DNA from: Plasmodiophora brassicae
Lineage: Eukaryota
DNA length: 64,000 bases
Assembly: GCA_036867785.1 (NCBI GenBank)
Contig: CP145410.1
Span: forward strand, 1,364,001-1,428,000
Direction: 5' to 3'
Under the pieces are notes generated by a model. That model was not told the DNA's origin. It ran no database searches and saw nothing but the letters and a program-made list of their open reading frames with translations. The position numbers and the translations under genes were made by a program. Below, one piece after another: positions 46,922-56,300 of the stretch. The first letter of the stretch is position 1; each line of letters starts with the position of its first letter.

Positions 46922-49000
46922 TTAATCGGATGGGATCTGTCCCGGTAAGACTCCCGCGTGGCCGTCGCTTAACGCAGGTGTCGGCGCCTGATCGCCTAGA
47001 GAAAGACGTTGTGCCCCGGGCGCCGGCAGGTGCAAGGATTCGACGCCTGCCCGCGGCGACATGCGTCGTGACCGCCGCGATTTCGACCCGTTCACCTTGA
47101 TGGAGTGCCTCGATCTGTTGGCAGCGGACGCCGGCTTCGTGCCGGTGCCGGACGTGACGCCGTTCGGCGCCTTCATCGACTGATGAACGGATTCGTACGA
47201 GCCGTGAACGACGGCGAGGAACATGTTGACGACGACCAGGGCGAGGAGGAACGCGAAGACGGCGAGCAGGACGGGGCCCAGCAGCCAGTTCTCCATACGG
47301 ACGTCGTCCGAGAACTCCATGCGGCTGACCGAGGCGCTGAACAGCGACAGGAACGAGGCGGAGATGGTGGCGAACTCGCCAATGTCCGTGCTGAACGCCA
47401 TCCAGAACGTCTGCGTGAACCCGGCCAGTATGATGAACGCCATGACGGCCAGGGCGGCCAGGTTCAGGCGCGCGCCCCGGACGGTCTGCTCCAGAACGCG
47501 CATCGACGGCGACAGCCGCTGGATGAAGACGAGCGATTTGCTCCAGGTCAGCAGGACGTTGACGCCGAGGACGTTGTGCATGACGTGGACCGTGTAGGCG
47601 TACCGCTGCCAGTCGACGTACGGGTCGGTGGCCAGCCGCCGCGACAGTTCGTCGGCGCACACCACCTGGATGACGCGGCCGGCCAGCGCGCCCAGGAACA
47701 ATGCAATGTTGGCGATGTCGACGAGGACCCAGGTCGAGCGCCAGACGCGCCAGCGCAGCATGCGCGCGTCCTGGAGCGCCACCCAGGCCATGTAGGCGAG
47801 GGCGATCAGGAAGGCGACCTCGACGCAGGCGATGGCCGTGTCGCCGGGCGTCCCTCCGTACAGGATCGGCTGGACGACCCGGAACTCGGCGTGCGGCCGG
47901 ATGGACCCGTCGGCGGGCGTGTCGATCGTCAGGGCGACGGCGCAGAGCAGGTTGACGGTCGGATTGTACAGGGCGAACCGCAGGCGCACCGACTGCGTCT
48001 GCATGTCGATCCAGGTGGCATCGCGCAGGGCGGCCAGCGTGCCGCGCGTCGCCGTCGCGTTGTTCGTCAGCAGGACCGCGTACCCGCCGGGCAGGGGCGG
48101 CGTCTCGGGCGTCAGCAGGTTCCGGTTGATGTCGCCCTGGAACGACATCGTCCGGTACAGGAACGCGTCGCGGACGCCCGGGTCGGGCGACGCCCCGAAC
48201 GGCAACATCGACACGGTCGACGAGTCCAGGCTGGTCGGCATGCACTGGCTGACCGCGAACGTCCCCTTGGCGCAGGGCGTCAGCTGCGCGCGAACCTGGT
48301 ACAGGAGGATCGCGCCGAGCAGGACGCTGCCCTCGTAGGCCAGGACGGGCTGGCCGCTGTCGGGCGTCAGGCTCGACGCCAGGGTCCCTTGCAGGAACGC
48401 CCAGGCGGCGTCGACGCTGGAGATCAGGTCGAACGCGATGCGCTGCGACCCGTCGGGCGCCCGGCGGGTCGTCGACGGCGCGAACCGCCCGCGAAGGAAC
48501 GCGGCCCACGACACGGGCACCGTCTGGTACGACCGGCTCCAGACGACGATCGAGAACAGGACGACGAAGGCGACGTACGGGCGGACGAGCCTCACCGTGG
48601 TCGGCGTCGGCGTGATGGTGGCCGTCGTCGTCGACGTCGGCGCCGCGTCGACGATGCTGGGCGTGGACAGCTGATCCCAGGTGCGCCTGGACAGGATCGA
48701 CCCGATGAACGACTCCTTGCGGGACGACGACGCCGGCGCCGACAGGTGCCTGCTGCGCCGGCTCGTCTCGGGCGCGTTCACCGTGCTCTGCCGGTTCAGC
48801 ACCTTTGTCATGTTCAGCAGCGGCATGGCCAGCTTGGGCGTCGGCGACGACGGCCCCGGGTCGCCATCGCGACGACCGGCGGGGCGCGAGGCCGGCCCGC
48901 GCGACGAATGTTCGCCATCGTTGTCCCCGGGCGCCCCGCCGCTCATTACCGTCTGTGACTCGCCACTTTCGCCCTCTCCAGCAGCATCATCGCCGACCAT
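46922..49000 (-). CDS. Polycystin-2 (PKD2/TRPP)-like channel subunit, copy A
   Basis: S1, TOP domain (SVLLGAILLYQVR, WIDMQTQSVRLRFALYNPTVNL), STWVLVDIANI, WSKSLVFI, S5, pore, and S6 WLLGPVLL..VVNMFLAVVHGSYE. Start codon uncertain. Confidence 0.85.
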   Translation of the reverse strand: MVGDDAAGEGESGESQTVMSGGAPGDNDGEHSSRGPASRPAGRRDGDPGPSSPTPKLAMPLLNMTKVLNRQSTVNAPETSRRSRHLSAPASSSRKESFIGSILSRRTWDQLSTPSIVDAAPTSTTTATITPTPTTVRLVRPYVAFVVLFSIVVWSRSYQTVPVSWAAFLRGRFAPSTTRRAPDGSQRIAFDLISSVDAAWAFLQGTLASSLTPDSGQPVLAYEGSVLLGAILLYQVRAQLTPCAKGTFAVSQCMPTSLDSSTVSMLPFGASPDPGVRDAFLYRTMSFQGDINRNLLTPETPPLPGGYAVLLTNNATATRGTLAALRDATWIDMQTQSVRLRFALYNPTVNLLCAVALTIDTPADGSIRPHAEFRVVQPILYGGTPGDTAIACVEVAFLIALAYMAWVALQDARMLRWRVWRSTWVLVDIANIALFLGALAGRVIQVVCADELSRRLATDPYVDWQRYAYTVHVMHNVLGVNVLLTWSKSLVFIQRLSPSMRVLEQTVRGARLNLAALAVMAFIILAGFTQTFWMAFSTDIGEFATISASFLSLFSASVSRMEFSDDVRMENWLLGPVLLAVFAFLLALVVVNMFLAVVHGSYESVHQSMKAPNGVTSGTGTKPASAANRSRHSIKVNGSKSRRSRRMSPRAGVESLHLPAPGAQRLSLGDQAPTPALSDGHAGVLPGQIPSD

Positions 49001-50889
49001 GGCGACTCCACCGACGCCCCGGGTCGTCGACGCGGTGGTTCGTCGTGGATCAGGTCGGGCGGGCGCGCGCCTGCCTGAACCGGAGGGGGACGGTGCTGAC
49101 GGCGCGCGTCGCCCTTTGCCACAGTGTCGGGCGTGCCGACGCCACGAAGCGCGCGGCAACGCGCCCGGGACCAGCGCGCCCGCCTGCTCGAGTTCATCCG
49201 GTTCGCCGTCTTCGCCGTCGTGTTCGGCGCCGCCGTCTACGGGCGCGCCAACCCATCCTGTACGCGCCACCTGGTTGTCGTACGTCGCCGCTCGCTGACA
49301 TTGCCGCCCCCAGCGACGTTCGACTGGACGTCGTTCCTTCGCGACCGGTTCGCCGGGTCGGCGGCGCTGTCGGCCGCGTCGCTGGACCGGGTGTCGTCTG
49401 TGGAGCAGTTCTGGGCGTACCTGAACAGGACGTTCGTGCCGTCGCTGGTGCCGGACGTGCTGGCCGGCCGCCCGATCGGCTACGAAGGATCGTACCTGCT
49501 GGGCGTCGTTCGCCTGCGCCAGATGCGGGTGGCGCCCGTGCCGTGCTCGCCGACGAACAACATGCTGGACGCCATGGCCGTCTGCTTCCCGAGCGCGTTC
49601 TCCTCGGCGACCATGCACACGTTGCCGTTCGGCGGGCCGTCCGGCGCCATGTTCGAGTGGGGGTCGAACGACGACCCGCCCATCAACGCGTGGCTGATCG
49701 CGCCGAACCCCGACTACGAGCACGGCGCGTACGCCGTCGACCTGGTCGGCGCGCTCGCCGCCGACCAGGCCACCGTGCGTCGCCTGCGGGACAACGGCTT
49801 CGTCGACGTGTTCACGCGCGCCATCCTGGTCGAGTTCGCCGTCTACAACGTCGCCGTCGACCGTCTGTGTGCGGTGCGGATCGAGTTCCAGATGCCGGCC
49901 GTCGGGGGCGTCACGCCCAGGATGGCGTTGCGCGTCGTGAACGCGTTCCCATACGCGACCACGCCCGGCATCGTCGTCGGCATCGCCGAAGGCCTATTCC
50001 TGATCGCGTACGCCAACATGTTCGTCAGCATCGTCTATCGGGCACGTCACCTGCGCGGGCGGTTCCTGTCGTCCGTGTCCGATCTGGTCGACGCCGCCAA
50101 CATGGTCCTGTTCGCCGTCCTGATCGCCCTGCGTGCCGTCGTCATCGTGGCGTCCGCCAGGCTGCTGGCGCTGACCGCCCCGGCCGCGTACACGAACTGG
50201 CAGAACCTGGCGTACACGCACACGGTGGTCGTCAACGTCGCGTCCTGCTGCGTGCTGTTCACCTGCCTGCACGTGCTCAAGTACCTGTCGAGGCTGTCCG
50301 ACTCGCTGCGATCCGTCAAGCGCGTGTTCGCCGAGTCGAGCGCCAACCTGTTCGCCTTCCTCCTCGTCTTCATCATCGTGTTCTTCGGCTTCGTCCAGGC
50401 GTTCTTCATGGCGTTCCAGGGCGACATTGTCGCGTTCCGGTCCATCTGGCAGACGTTCCTGACGCTGTTCGGGTCGCTGTCGCCCCGCGAACGATTCGAC
50501 TACGACTCCGTCGTGCAATCCAACTGTGAGCAAGGGGGCGACCGATATCGAACGTGGCCGCCCACTAACACGTTGCGTCAGACCTGCTGGGCCCCGCGCT
50601 CGTGTTCTGCTTCGTCATCCTGATCGACCTGCTGCTGGGCCACGTGTTCCTGGCGATCGTGCACAGCTCGTACACGCAGCAGCACCTGCTCCAGAAGGAC
50701 CTGGACTTCCAGAAGACCGTCCTGGACACGCTGAACGGGGGCGGGTCGCCCGCCGCGATGCGCAGGCTGACGCTGGCCCAGCGCGTCCGCCGAATGCTCG
50801 ACCTGCTGATGCGGCCCGCGTCCGTCAGTCAGGTGGACCGAGCACCTGCGCCCCCTGCTGCCGCCGCGCCAACAGCGGCGCCATCGTGA
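48999..50889 (+). CDS. Polycystin-2 (PKD2/TRPP)-like channel subunit, copy B, multi-exon
   Basis: VSSVEQFWAYL, GSYLLGVVRLRQMRV, FVDVFTRAILVEFAVYN, HVLKYL, and YLLGPALVF..HVFLAIVHSSY. Exon 1 48999-49053 splices in frame across intron 49054-49124 (GT..GCTGAC..CAG). Confidence 0.85.
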
Positions 50890-50929
50890 TCGGAGCACCA
50901 CACCAATGTACACGTGCCGCTGTTCATTA

Positions 50930-51508
50930 CTACCCGCAGATCGCTTGCTGGGTGGCGTCCACCTTGTTGCCGCTGCTGTTGGAAGATTCGACCTTGAGCT
51001 GGAGGGCGTCTATCGTGCACTGCAGGTCGTCCTGTTTCGTGCGGCAGTGCCGATGCGCCTTCATCAGGCGGTGCAACTGCTGGCGGGTCCTGTCCAGCGC
51101 CAGCTCGATCAGGCCGATCGTGTCGCGAGCGGTGGCCTCCTGTAGAGCGAGCTCCCGCCGCAGCTGGGCGTTCTCGACCATCAGCTCGAGGGTTGGCGTC
51201 GGCGCGCGTACCTCGGGCGCGACCGGGGCCGCATCGGGCCTGTGAAGGTACGCTGCGCGCGCGCCCTGCACTTCGCGGCACAAGCCGTCAATGGTCGCCG
51301 CCTGCGCCTTGCACAGGTGGCGAAGCGCGGCGCTGTCATCGTCGGCGGCGCCGGTCTGCGTCGCCGCGTGCACGGGGCCCTGCCCCATCAGAACGCATCG
51401 CACACGTTCGATCTCGCGCACCAGCCGGGATCGCAGGCCCCGAATGTCCCGCTCGACCCGGGCGACCCTGTCTGGTATCAGCGCCGCTCCCGTCATCACC
51501 ACCGCCAT
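50930..51508 (-). CDS. Hypothetical coiled-coil protein (192 aa)
   Basis: ATG-initiated ORF with heptad-rich segments (LMVENAQLRRELALQE, LQCTIDALQLKV) that fills the gap between neighbours. Confidence 0.55.
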   Translation of the reverse strand: MAVVMTGAALIPDRVARVERDIRGLRSRLVREIERVRCVLMGQGPVHAATQTGAADDDSAALRHLCKAQAATIDGLCREVQGARAAYLHRPDAAPVAPEVRAPTPTLELMVENAQLRRELALQEATARDTIGLIELALDRTRQQLHRLMKAHRHCRTKQDDLQCTIDALQLKVESSNSSGNKVDATQQAICG

Positions 51509-51819
51509 GCGGCCCAGCGCAAGGACTGGCCGCCCATCATGACTGGCGCGCCCCGATCATGCAAGTCGGCGCGTTACAGAGGGCGGCTGCTGTCACCAGG
51601 CAGACGTACAGTGCTCAGCCAGTGCATGCCGACCGAAACGTGCCACATGCTCGGGGCAGAGCGGACCGTGGGATCAGTGAGCAGCGAGCAACGATCGAGA
51701 ACGTCGGGTTCCCCTCCCGGTCCAGATTGTTCTGGAACATGAGGGCGTCCCATCACGGGTCCGCATGGCAGGCACTGCATCATTCTCCAGCGAGCGACCT
51801 AAGGAAGAGCGCGTCTGTT

Positions 51820-53495
51820 ATGTGGGGCGCACGGTCGACCTGGTGCCGTATCGGCATCGTGGTCGCCGCCGCCGCCGCCGCCGCTGGGGTCGTGGCCCTC
51901 ATCGTCCTACTGGTCCACGCGCAGTCCAGCACAACGAATGTAGGTGCCGGATGCCATCTGGGATTGCCATGCGCTCGCCTGAGCCTCTGCAGAACGCCGA
52001 ATACCCACAGAATGCTGTTAATTCACAGGTCAACAAACGGATGATCGGGTATTACGCCCAGGTCAGTGCGGCGCTCGTTGACCGGATGTGACGGTTGATC
52101 CCCATTTTCACATAATTGCCATGCAGACGATTGGGTCGCCAACGAACTGCTCCCTGGGGGCGACAGCGTTGCAACCGGATACGGTCCCGGCCAACCTGTA
52201 CACCCACCTCGTCTACGGGTTCTCGCCGCCCATCAGCACGACGACCTGGCAGCTCGAGCAGCCGCACGAGAATGAGGCGGCGCGCTACGTCGCGTTCAAC
52301 GCGTTGAAGGCGAAGAACCCGAACCTGAAGACCATGCTGTCCGTTGGAGGCGACCTGCCTGTACGACCACCTGAACGGACGTTGCGACCGTTGGCAGTGA
52401 ACTGATCGCGCCACGCCTGCAGAGCACAGCGCCAATGTCGTCGATGGCGTCCGATCCTGGTCGTCGCGCCATCTTCGTCAACTCCACGATGCGTTTCATC
52501 CGCAAGTACGGGTTCGATGGCATCGGTGGGTAGGCGCGCGGGGAACGTCAGGCGCGGGCTGACTGAACGTCGCCACCGACCACAGACATCGACTGGGAGT
52601 TTCCCACCGAGGTTGCCAGAGGCGGAAGCCCAAACGACAACAACAACTTCGTCGCCCTGGTAGCGGATCTGCGCCAGGCGATCGAGATGGAGGCCGTGCC
52701 GAAGAACAGCAGCAAGCTGCTGCTGTCGTGCATCGTCCCGGGAGGACCGTTCTGGGGCAAGTACTACAACATCTCCGACGTCATCAGCCACCTCGACTGG
52801 GTCAACATTCTCGGTTACAATGTATGCTCAATAACTGTCGTCTGCGTTCGGGCATCTGACGAATGGGATGGGCGATCGTTCAGGTCCTGGGAACGTGGAT
52901 GAACCAGACCGAGTACATAGGCCACATGTCGTGAACGGGCGGTCGGTCGACTGACGGTACGATTGTGCTGATGTGTAGGTGCTCAGCGCCGTTGCAGAAC
53001 CCGTTGGATCGGGCGGGTGACTCAGTGGCGAACGCAATTCAGTATTTCGTGGGGCAGGGCAAGGCGGGCGGGGCCGACGCGTCCAAGTTCAACCTGGGTG
53101 TCTCGTTCTGGGGGATCGCCTACACGCTCGCCTCGCCGATCGCCCCGGGCGCAACCAGCCCAGGCATGAACGCGCCGGCATTCAATGGCGTTCAGGCGCC
53201 GGCCAAAACCGGCCAATGCACACACCAGCCCGGGTACCTGGCCTACTTCGAGAGCCAGGCCATCATGCAGAAGAACAACTTGACGGGGACGCTGGACCCG
53301 GTCTCCCAGTGCAAGTACTTCACGTACGATACGAACCAGTGGGTCGCGTTCGAGGATGGCGCCACACTGTCCGCCAAGATCGACTACGCGATGTCCATGG
53401 GCATACCCGGCGTGTCCATCTGGGGCCTCGACGCCGACATCCCCAAGACGCACACACTTAGTGCCGCGGTCAACGCCCACCTATTCGGCCATTAA
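51820..53495 (+). CDS. GH18 chitinase with N-terminal signal or membrane anchor, multi-exon
   Basis: MIGYY, YTHLVYGF, KNPNLKTMLSVGG, catalytic YGFDGID|IDWEFP (DxDxE), KFNLGV, NQWVAFED and GVSIWGLDAD. In-frame upstream ATGs (e.g. 51739) are possible. Confidence 0.92.
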
Positions 53496-53601
53496 CAGGG
53501 TTCCCTGCCCCTGCGAACACGCCCGCCTCCTCCTTGGTCTCTCCGTTCAACAGCGATCGTCGCGCATCGAGATTCAATACGTGCAGAAACGGCACTAAAC
53601 G

Positions 53602-55065
53602 CTACACGATATTGCAGCAGTGGACCCGCAATCGTTGCAGATAGCCACTGTTTGGCCTCGGGAGCAGCGGTTCAGGTGTCTGGGTATGGTGTTCCAATAG
53701 CAACCCGACGTGGTCGTCGTATCCGCTGTGGGAGAAGCGGTTCGTCCAGGAGCCATCGCGTGGCAATGACGCGTGCGCGACGGGGCTCGATGACGCGTCA
53801 AGACATCGTAACCATTTCAGGCCGGCGAGCGCCGCAGTGGATCGCACCTGCGTGTGGGCGATGTCGACGCATTGAAGGGATGGGCACGTAGCGAGGACGT
53901 CGACGCTGGTGATGCCTGTGTGCCGTGCGGACAGGTGCCTGAGCCGGGAGAAGTTGGCCAACGCGTCCAGGTCGCCGATCTTGGTGTAATCGGCATCCAG
54001 CGCCAGGAGGACGTCTCGCAGGTGCAATCGCAGGACGGAAACATCGTTCACGCTGGTCTCTGAAATGTCCAAGCGCTGGAGGAGCGGGCAGAACTGGAGC
54101 GCATCGATGCGGTCGACACCCGTCTTTGCAACGGATAACGTCGTCAACCCCGGGAAGAACCGGACCGCGTCGATGTTCAGCACGTGACGACAGGATTCCA
54201 GAAGGAGAACGCGAAGACGGAACAGGTGCGCCAGCGTATCGATGCCTCGTGTCGCCGTCCCGTTCAACGACAAATGCTCCAGATTCGCGGAGCGCCGGAT
54301 CAGGTCGGGCAGGATCGACGCAGTCGTCCGCGAATGGCATACCTCCAGATGTCGCAGCGTACCTGGACAGATGACCGGTTTTTCAGCCTGTCGTACCAGG
54401 TGGCAGGCCTTGATCGTCTGCAGGCATCTGTGGTCTTGCAAGGACGACAGGTCGTCGACGCGCGTGAACGATATGTCGAGGACCTCCAGTTCCGAACAGG
54501 ACATCAGTGGAGCGACACTGGAAACGCCCGTGGATGAAACATCCACTGATCGCAGCCGACGTAAACAGGTTAAACCATCCACTTCGCGAATCGAAGTTTG
54601 AGACAGGTTCAGGGTGTGCAGGGCCGTCAGTGACGACAGAAACGACGTGTCACTGACAAGGCGCCAGCGCGCCAGCGACAGTGTTGTCAGACGCATCGTG
54701 ATTCGTCCTGATCTGACCGCGTCGACGAACGTGGCATCGGGGTCCCGCACACGGCTGAGATCAAGGCAGTCGAGGCTGTCTGGGCAGACGCCAGGTCTCA
54801 GGGCATCCACGTCGGAAGGCGCCAGCCGCAGTCGATTAACAACGGCAAGGCACTGCAGAGACCGGCAGGCGGATAGCAACAGCGGCAGCGGCATGTCCCC
54901 ACGAAACCGATGGATGCCGGCGCGAGCCGACCGCCAGTGCCGGTTCACACCCGAGCACGCGTCGATATCGCGTTGCGCTTCGAGCATGTCCAGAACGATG
55001 ACAATCAAGTCGACGGGCAGCGATGCCCAGTTGCGGTCGCCGCCACCGACGTCGGCGACCAGCAT
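53602..55065 (-). CDS. F-box/leucine-rich repeat protein
   Basis: F-box WASLPVDLIVIVLDML..DIDACSGVNRHWRS, followed by about 13 LxxLDIS.T.V repeats. Intronless. Confidence 0.88.
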   Translation of the reverse strand: MLVADVGGGDRNWASLPVDLIVIVLDMLEAQRDIDACSGVNRHWRSARAGIHRFRGDMPLPLLLSACRSLQCLAVVNRLRLAPSDVDALRPGVCPDSLDCLDLSRVRDPDATFVDAVRSGRITMRLTTLSLARWRLVSDTSFLSSLTALHTLNLSQTSIREVDGLTCLRRLRSVDVSSTGVSSVAPLMSCSELEVLDISFTRVDDLSSLQDHRCLQTIKACHLVRQAEKPVICPGTLRHLEVCHSRTTASILPDLIRRSANLEHLSLNGTATRGIDTLAHLFRLRVLLLESCRHVLNIDAVRFFPGLTTLSVAKTGVDRIDALQFCPLLQRLDISETSVNDVSVLRLHLRDVLLALDADYTKIGDLDALANFSRLRHLSARHTGITSVDVLATCPSLQCVDIAHTQVRSTAALAGLKWLRCLDASSSPVAHASLPRDGSWTNRFSHSGYDDHVGLLLEHHTQTPEPLLPRPNSGYLQRLRVHCCNIV

Positions 55066-55308
55066 TGCGATTCGCGGTGTGACGGCGGAACCGTAAGACC
55101 TGACAAGCAACTGGCCAAACGGATTATAGAAACTCCGTGCCGTCGCAGAGCCGCGCGAACCCGAATAAAATATTGCGATTCTCACGTGAAATGGAATAAT
55201 AATGGGAAAACGCAGACCCGGACTCGGAACAGTGCTGCACTGGCCAGCGTGTCGTCGACGTTGCATCTGATGGGAGGCAAGACGTTTGGAAAATATTTTA
55301 TATAGGTA

Positions 55309-56046
55309 CTACAGTCGGGATGGGTCGGCTGCCGCATCGAGCAGTTGGTCGGGTGGCGGCAGGGGTTTCTGACGTTTACGCGCGGGCTCATGACCGGCGG
55401 TTTCGTCAGGCGCTGCATGGCCAGGAGCCATGTTTTCGTTCGCGGCGTTCTCGACGTTGTTCGCAGGCAAAGAACCTGGGTGGTTGGCCAGGAGCGTCTT
55501 CAAGTCGGACATTGATGCGGAGGCGATGGGATAAGCGGAGGCAATGCGTTCCAGCAGGCGCTGTGAGGTCGCCAGCGCCCGCTGTACTGCATCGATCTGC
55601 GCGGCGTTCGGAATCAGCTGCGGCGATGGGACAGGCATGTCGGCGACGGAAGTGGCGGGCAGAGATTGTCGGGCGGCCTGCAGCTCCGCTTCAAGGTTGC
55701 TGGTCAACTCCCGAACAACGGCCTCTCGAACAGATTGCAGCTCGTCGTCAAGGCGCTCGGCCTCTTCGCGCAACGAACGAACGCGCTCTTCGAGTTCTTC
55801 ATCGAAGGGTTCCACGTCCAGTGGGATGTCGTCCTGTACGACAACATGCGATTGAATCGCGTCGTGCATGCGGGTCCGTAGCCTTCCCAGGCGGTCCCGG
55901 CAGGCGGCACGCTGCACCCGCGTCAGCTCCTCGCCGCGAAGGTTCCGGACACAGTGCTCGTCGAAGCATTCCAAAATCGCATTTAGCTCCGCCCGAGTTT
56001 TCACCCGGACGCCACTGACATCACTGGCGGCGCCGACATCCGCCAT
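55309..56046 (-). CDS. Kinetochore Mis12-complex subunit Nsl1/Mis14-like protein
   Basis: VEPFDEELEERVRSL..E.LDDELQSVRE resembles the Nsl1 EPFD motif; N-terminal VRVKTRAEL; 245 aa is the right size. Confidence 0.6.
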   Translation of the reverse strand: MADVGAASDVSGVRVKTRAELNAILECFDEHCVRNLRGEELTRVQRAACRDRLGRLRTRMHDAIQSHVVVQDDIPLDVEPFDEELEERVRSLREEAERLDDELQSVREAVVRELTSNLEAELQAARQSLPATSVADMPVPSPQLIPNAAQIDAVQRALATSQRLLERIASAYPIASASMSDLKTLLANHPGSLPANNVENAANENMAPGHAAPDETAGHEPARKRQKPLPPPDQLLDAAADPSRL

Positions 56047-56300
56047 CGAACAGCTCGAACGCCAACGACGCTGTCCCCACGGCGTTGGCGCAACCCGGCG
56101 CCCGCCTCCCGCCCAAATGCCGACGTTGTTTTGGCGCCGACTCTCCAGTCCTGGCCTGCTGTCGTAACTCGTACCTGCAGCTGTAACATGGTGTGGCCAA
56201 GTGGCGACCGATCATGTCGTGTGATATTCCTGGACATAACGTTTCATTTGAAAGTGGGGAGGGATCGTGGCTGCATCGGACGTCGTTGCGGCCGTCGGGC

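Noticed and set aside
46922-49723. 933-aa ORF taken whole as the PKD2-A protein
   Set aside because: The first ~240 aa are the antisense of PKD2-B coding sequence and look non-coding, so the start was placed at or after 49000.
52349-52421. Possible GC-AG intron in the chitinase
   Set aside because: A standard GTACGA donor after SVGGDLP gives an in-frame GT-AG intron.
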